Below, in pieces: positions 62,605-64,000 of a stretch of 64,000 nt of DNA. The notes below the pieces were generated by a model. It had not been told where the DNA came from and did not search any database. It saw nothing but the letters and a program-made list of their open reading frames with translations. Source of the DNA: Eledone cirrhosa (Eukaryota); contig OZ024745.1 of assembly GCA_964016885.1 (NCBI GenBank), forward strand, positions 41,354,001 through 41,418,000. Reading direction: 5' to 3'. The position numbers and the translations under genes were made by a program. Within the stretch, counting starts at the first letter, position 1. Each line of letters starts with the position of its first letter.

Positions 62605-63430
62605 TATATATATGTTTACAGTAAAGGAATACAGTACATGCCATGACATCTCTCTCTCTCCTCCCACCCCCTCTGTCTTCCACGTGGTTTTTCACACAAT
62701 AGTTGTTTTGTAAGTGTACATATGTTGAATCTATTATTTTTTTTTTTAAGTATTGTTTGATGTTTCTGTCATTTCTGTTATTTCTTGTTTATCAATTTCT
62801 GTGTACTTATGTTATTGTATTAATTCAGAAACCCATTGACAACATCACATCTCACGACAATTTCATACATTCATTTGTAATGTGCCTAACACGTCCAGTT
62901 AAACTTCCAAATTATTTGTATTCAATAAACATTTATTTTCCATAAATAAACAGCAAAAACATAGCAGTAACCAACTATATGTTTTAAGTTTAAGAAGATA
63001 TCTCAATTACGATGGATAGACAAAATGGTTAACTCGTTGTCATGATGAGTAGACAGCGATTTTGGTGCATAATACCACATCACTTTCTGTCGATATAACG
63101 GTGGTAAAAGGCAGGAGAGCGACCGAGAAAAACAGATGTTTGAACAGCAACCAACGCAAAATGAAATATGACGCTTGATGATTGGTATTCAAGTCAACGC
63201 TCAGTTTTATAGTCAAAAGGCTATCTTTGAAAGCTAGCAATGTAATCTGTAATGTCCAGCATGAGCCAGTAACTTCCTTCGAAAATATTATTATGGCCGG
63301 GCCTAAACCATTGACGTGGATTAGGCCAGTAATTATATAGAGTTAAGTGAGACGTCATCTGTGACATTTCCTCGAGATATTTCATCAATGCTTAAGTAAT
63401 TCGATATATATATATATGCGTGTGTGTGTC

Positions 63431-63517
<87 letters not shown>

Positions 63518-63541
63518 ATGTATGTATATATAGGTATATAT

Positions 63542-63578
<37 letters not shown>

Positions 63579-64000
63579 TGTTTACATTCTCATTTTCCCT
63601 CCTTAATTGAAACTAAATATTATACTTTATAAAAATATATATGTATATATATATATATGTATGAAGAAATGTTCTTTAGAAATATATATCGATATATATA
63701 GAAATAAATATTATTTCATTCCATCTTTCGTTCATAATTTCGACATTTCACAAAGTAATGGAAAGAAAACATAGAATAAAGAGAACTAAACAGTATTTAT
63801 GATGGCGTTTTGGTAGCTGTTCTTTTCTTGTTTTTGTTTTTCTTGTTTCATTTCGTCGTTTTTTATTCGGCTCCTCTACTTTGAAGAAAATTGATCTAAA
63901 TAATATGATCTAAATAGCCTGTCTGACAGTTGTGCTATACGAGTAAACGAAACATTTAGGTGACTTATTTGAAAGATTCATGGAGGTAATTTGTGTATTA

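Overview
AT-rich, microsatellite-dense eukaryotic intergenic or intronic DNA. It is probably cephalopod (Octopus-like), inferred from the tRNA-SINE families and the (TA)n load. No host gene is recognisable, and most long ORFs in the track are (TA)n artefacts. The window is a nest of retroelements: at least six Penelope-like element (PLE) remnants (RT and/or GIY-YIG), RTE-type LINE fragments, a non-autonomous RTE derivative, tRNA-SINEs, one Helitron and one mariner relic. The main hidden signal, found by reading the sequence by eye, is about 30 type I hammerhead ribozyme (HHR) motifs from about 13 families. They sit in PLE pseudo-LTRs and in non-coding tandem monomers of 316, 467, 523 and 564 bp that look like retrozymes. 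Most families have their own palindromic stem III. Two families carry a compensatory U3-A8 core instead of C3-G8, and two carry ~100-nt stem II insertions. All structures were derived by hand, and activity is untested.
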